DNA of 8,747 bases from a virus (lineage: Duplodnaviria > Heunggongvirae > Uroviricota > Caudoviricetes). Below are positions 7,269 through 8,747 of this stretch, piece by piece; position 1 is the stretch's first letter; each line of letters begins with the position of its first letter. Where the stretch lies: the IMG/VR virus record IMGVR_UViG_2778261069_000010. The stretch is one strand, 5' to 3'. Position numbers and translations under genes: made by a program. Under the pieces are notes generated by a model, which was not told the origin of the DNA, made no database searches, and was given only the letters and a program-made list of their open reading frames with translations.

Positions 7269-7376
7269 GTACCCAGATGAAACAGCGAACAGGCAGGATG
7301 CCCACGAAGTAGCCGCCCGGGGCATATGAAGACCGGGATGATTCGTTAGCAACAAAAAAGCGCCGTACCGGACACT

Positions 7377-7389
7377 TCGCTCTTTAACA
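7377..7389 (+). promoter_or_regulatory. boxA-like antitermination element (rrn/nut type) in the pL leader
   Basis: CGCTCTTTAACAA closely matches the rrn boxA consensus GCTCTTTAACAA and lambda nut boxA CGCTCTTA. It lies about 100 nt downstream of the predicted pL start. No clear boxB hairpin was identified by eye. Confidence 0.45.
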
Positions 7390-7435
7390 ATCTGATCCCC
7401 ATCAACAAGTAATTGATAACTTGAGGAAGTGTGAA

Positions 7436-7678
7436 ATGCACAAAACAGAACCAAAAATCGTCGCGCCAGGCTACACAGATGAGGAAATTTACGAGTGGAT
7501 GACAAAGAAGCTGGCTGCTATAAACCAGCTTCGTGAAGTGCAGTCTTATCGTCAGGAAACAATAGACTCCTTAAAAAAAACTAGATCAGGAGATCACATC
7601 TTTATCGCAAGAATCTACTCTAGATATTGTTCATACAAATTAGGATCCCATTCTTTTTCGTCAAAGTTATCAAAGTGA
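7436..7678 (+). CDS. Small hypothetical ORF, first ORF of the pL transcript; 3' part runs into the AT-rich island and may be truncated or fused
   Basis: ATG at 7436 is preceded by GAGGAAG (6-nt spacer). The first ~45 codons are in normal-GC DNA; the remainder lies in AT-rich DNA and overlaps the 3' end of the convergent gene 7615-8049. Not arginine-rich, so not N-like. Confidence 0.3.
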   Translation: MHKTEPKIVAPGYTDEEIYEWMTKKLAAINQLREVQSYRQETIDSLKKTRSGDHIFIARIYSRYCSYKLGSHSFSSKLSK

Positions 7679-8049
7679 TAAATTTGAGATCTCCAGTCTA
7701 AATTATCTAAAAAATCCTTAGCTCTTTTACTCATTTTATCAAACGTCAATTCATCCTGAATAGAAAGAATAAGATCATCAAACTCCATTTCATTAATTTT
7801 TTTTGGTGTCCAATGATGTTTCATAAGAATAAGGTGAATCAACGCATTTTTCCCTTTCAATTGATTATAGGGTGTGCTGAATTTCTTTCTATGCTCATAT
7901 AGTACAAGATCAAGCAAAGTCAGGAATGCGGCTCTTGATTCAACCTTAACTTTATCGATTGTTTGAACTATTCCACTAGTATTAATACCACGACACTTTC
8001 CAACATTTTCACAGTGGGATGCATACAGGTCACGTATATAAACAGACAT
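7615..8049 (-). CDS. Hypothetical protein (144 aa) in an AT-rich island, antisense to the pL operon; candidate accessory/exclusion gene
   Basis: ATG at 8049 is preceded by AAGGAAAAG. Composition is sharply AT-rich from about 7566 to 8050. No family recognised. The frame remains open upstream to 8313 in GC-rich DNA, but the RBS and composition favour the 8049 start. Confidence 0.55.
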   Translation of the reverse strand: MSVYIRDLYASHCENVGKCRGINTSGIVQTIDKVKVESRAAFLTLLDLVLYEHRKKFSTPYNQLKGKNALIHLILMKHHWTPKKINEMEFDDLILSIQDELTFDKMSKRAKDFLDNLDWRSQIYHFDNFDEKEWDPNLYEQYLE

Positions 8050-8065
8050 TCTCTTTTCCTTTTGC

Positions 8066-8112
8066 GTTGTTGGGGATACCCAGATTAACCGAATCCTTGT
8101 TGTTGGGGAATA
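8066..8112. repeat. Two direct repeats GTTGTTGGGGA (8066-8076, 8102-8112), 36-bp period, immediately upstream of the start of the 7615-8049 gene
   Basis: Exact 11-bp repeat with similar flanks (gttgttggggataccc / gttgttggggaataacc). Function unknown. Confidence 0.4.
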
Positions 8113-8335
8113 ACCAGGTCCACCTCGCCTGATGTGGCTAAAAGCAGGCACATAACAGCTAAGTATTTTCAACCAGAGAGAATCCTTAGCGTTGTGGTGA
8201 ATGCGGCTCAGCGCACGCGGGTTAAGGTTGAGGCTGACAGTCGACCTTCTGTGGATACCCACCCGCCTAGTGTGCAACCTTCGCCAGGCACCGGGAGGCA
8301 CCCGGCACCACAACTTTATGCTGTGTGTAGTCCTG

Positions 8336-8383
8336 GCGGTACCAGCTTGTACCCTTGCTTCCGGCTGGTACCGCTCTTTTTAC
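8336..8383 (+). terminator. Strong stem-loop followed by a U-tract: candidate tL-type intrinsic terminator (or structured RNA element)
   Basis: Perfect 11-bp inverted repeat GCGGTACCAGC (8336-8346) / GCTGGTACCGC (8364-8374) with a 17-nt loop, followed by TCTTTTTAC. The loop contains TTGTACCC, the operator-like motif. Confidence 0.45.
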
Positions 8384-8517
8384 AAAACAGAGAAGAGCAT
8401 CACCGGACGACGGGCTCATAACCCAATCCATCCGGGCGGCTGCCACCACAGGTGTTCTTCTCTGTTTTGTGGAGAAACTAATCGGCCTTGCAGGGCCGAT
8501 ATGATGAGGAGCAGCAA

Positions 8518-8747
8518 AATGGCTAGCGAACGCAGTACTGATGTGCAGGCATTTATCGGGGAGCTGGACGGCGGCGTATTTGAAACCAAAATCGGCGCAG
8601 TTCTCAGTGAAGTCGCTTCAGGTGTGATGAACACGAAAACCAAAGGTAAGGTCTCACTCAACCTGGAAATCGAACCATTTGATGAGAACCGTGTGAAAAT
8701 CAAACACAAACTCTCATATGTTCGCCCGACTAACCGCGGGAAAATTT
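8518..8747 (+). CDS. Hypothetical early-left operon protein, 3'-partial (runs off window end)
   Basis: ATG at 8518 is preceded by GAGGAG (7-nt spacer). The frame is open for 76 codons to the window edge (MASERSTDVQAFIGELDGGVFETKIGAVLSEVASGVMNTKTKGKVSLNLEIEPFDENRVKIKHKLSYVRPTNRGKI). Not in the ORF track because it has no stop in the window. No family recognised. Confidence 0.6.

Noticed and set aside
7209-7505. 98-aa minus-strand ORF across the cI terminator, pL and leader
   Set aside because: Antisense to the promoter/terminator/boxA region with no start signals; a chance ORF.
8050-8313. Upstream extension of the 7615-8049 gene to 232 aa, giving an arginine-rich N-terminus (RRLHTRRVGIHRRS) that superficially resembles an ARM
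   Set aside because: The extension lies in GC-rich DNA of different composition and runs antisense to the pL operon, so it cannot be N. A good SD (AAGGAAAAG) precedes the internal ATG at 8049. The open frame is noted but judged non-coding.
8372-8385. Second boxA-like sequence CGCTCTTTTTACAA
   Set aside because: It immediately follows the 11-bp perfect hairpin and is better explained as the U-tract of an intrinsic terminator than as an independent boxA.
8134-8421. 95-aa plus-strand ORF in the GC-rich non-coding region
   Set aside because: No SD, low-complexity Pro/Ser/Arg-rich product, and it spans the strong hairpin. Looks like a chance ORF in GC-rich DNA.
1-8747. Looked for canonical LexA boxes (CTGT-N8-ACAG), tRNA genes, CRISPR repeats, a retron-type RT, and Walker A ATPase motifs
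   Set aside because: None found by eye. The CTG...CAG pairs seen (for example 3944-3959 and 7166-7181) have wrong spacing or degenerate halves; no conserved tRNA T-loop or array-like repeats; no RT or ATPase motifs in any ORF.

Overview
This window is the central early/regulatory region of a lambdoid (lambda/P22-type) prophage from an enterobacterial, E. coli-like genome. All calls are made by eye from the sequence and the supplied ORF track; no searches were run. The minus strand carries the early-right operon in the order: Cro-like (YdaS-type) HTH protein, CII/YdaT-like protein, a 278-aa unknown, a DUF4222-like small protein, an O-like replication initiator with an internal iteron plus AT-rich origin, a PerC-like-domain protein, a LexA-DNA-binding-domain-only protein, RusA, a KilA-N protein, a DUF968-like protein and antiterminator Q. 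Most of these genes overlap by 1-8 nt (ATGA, TAATG), which suggests translational coupling. The plus strand carries a lambda CI / P22 C2-type S24-peptidase repressor with an apparently leaderless start, an intrinsic terminator, a near-consensus pL-like promoter, an rrn-type boxA and the beginning of the early-left operon. Two AT-rich islands hold genes oriented against the flanking phage operons: a 5'-partial ORF convergent with Q (1-369), and a 144-aa ORF (7615-8049) sitting where an N-type antiterminator gene would be expected. The second is the best candidate for an undescribed accessory or defence function. It is followed by about 470 bp of GC-rich, non-coding, structured DNA. No N-like arginine-rich ORF and no Walker-A helicase loader are visible. 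Eight Chi octamers are present, six of them co-oriented on the minus strand.
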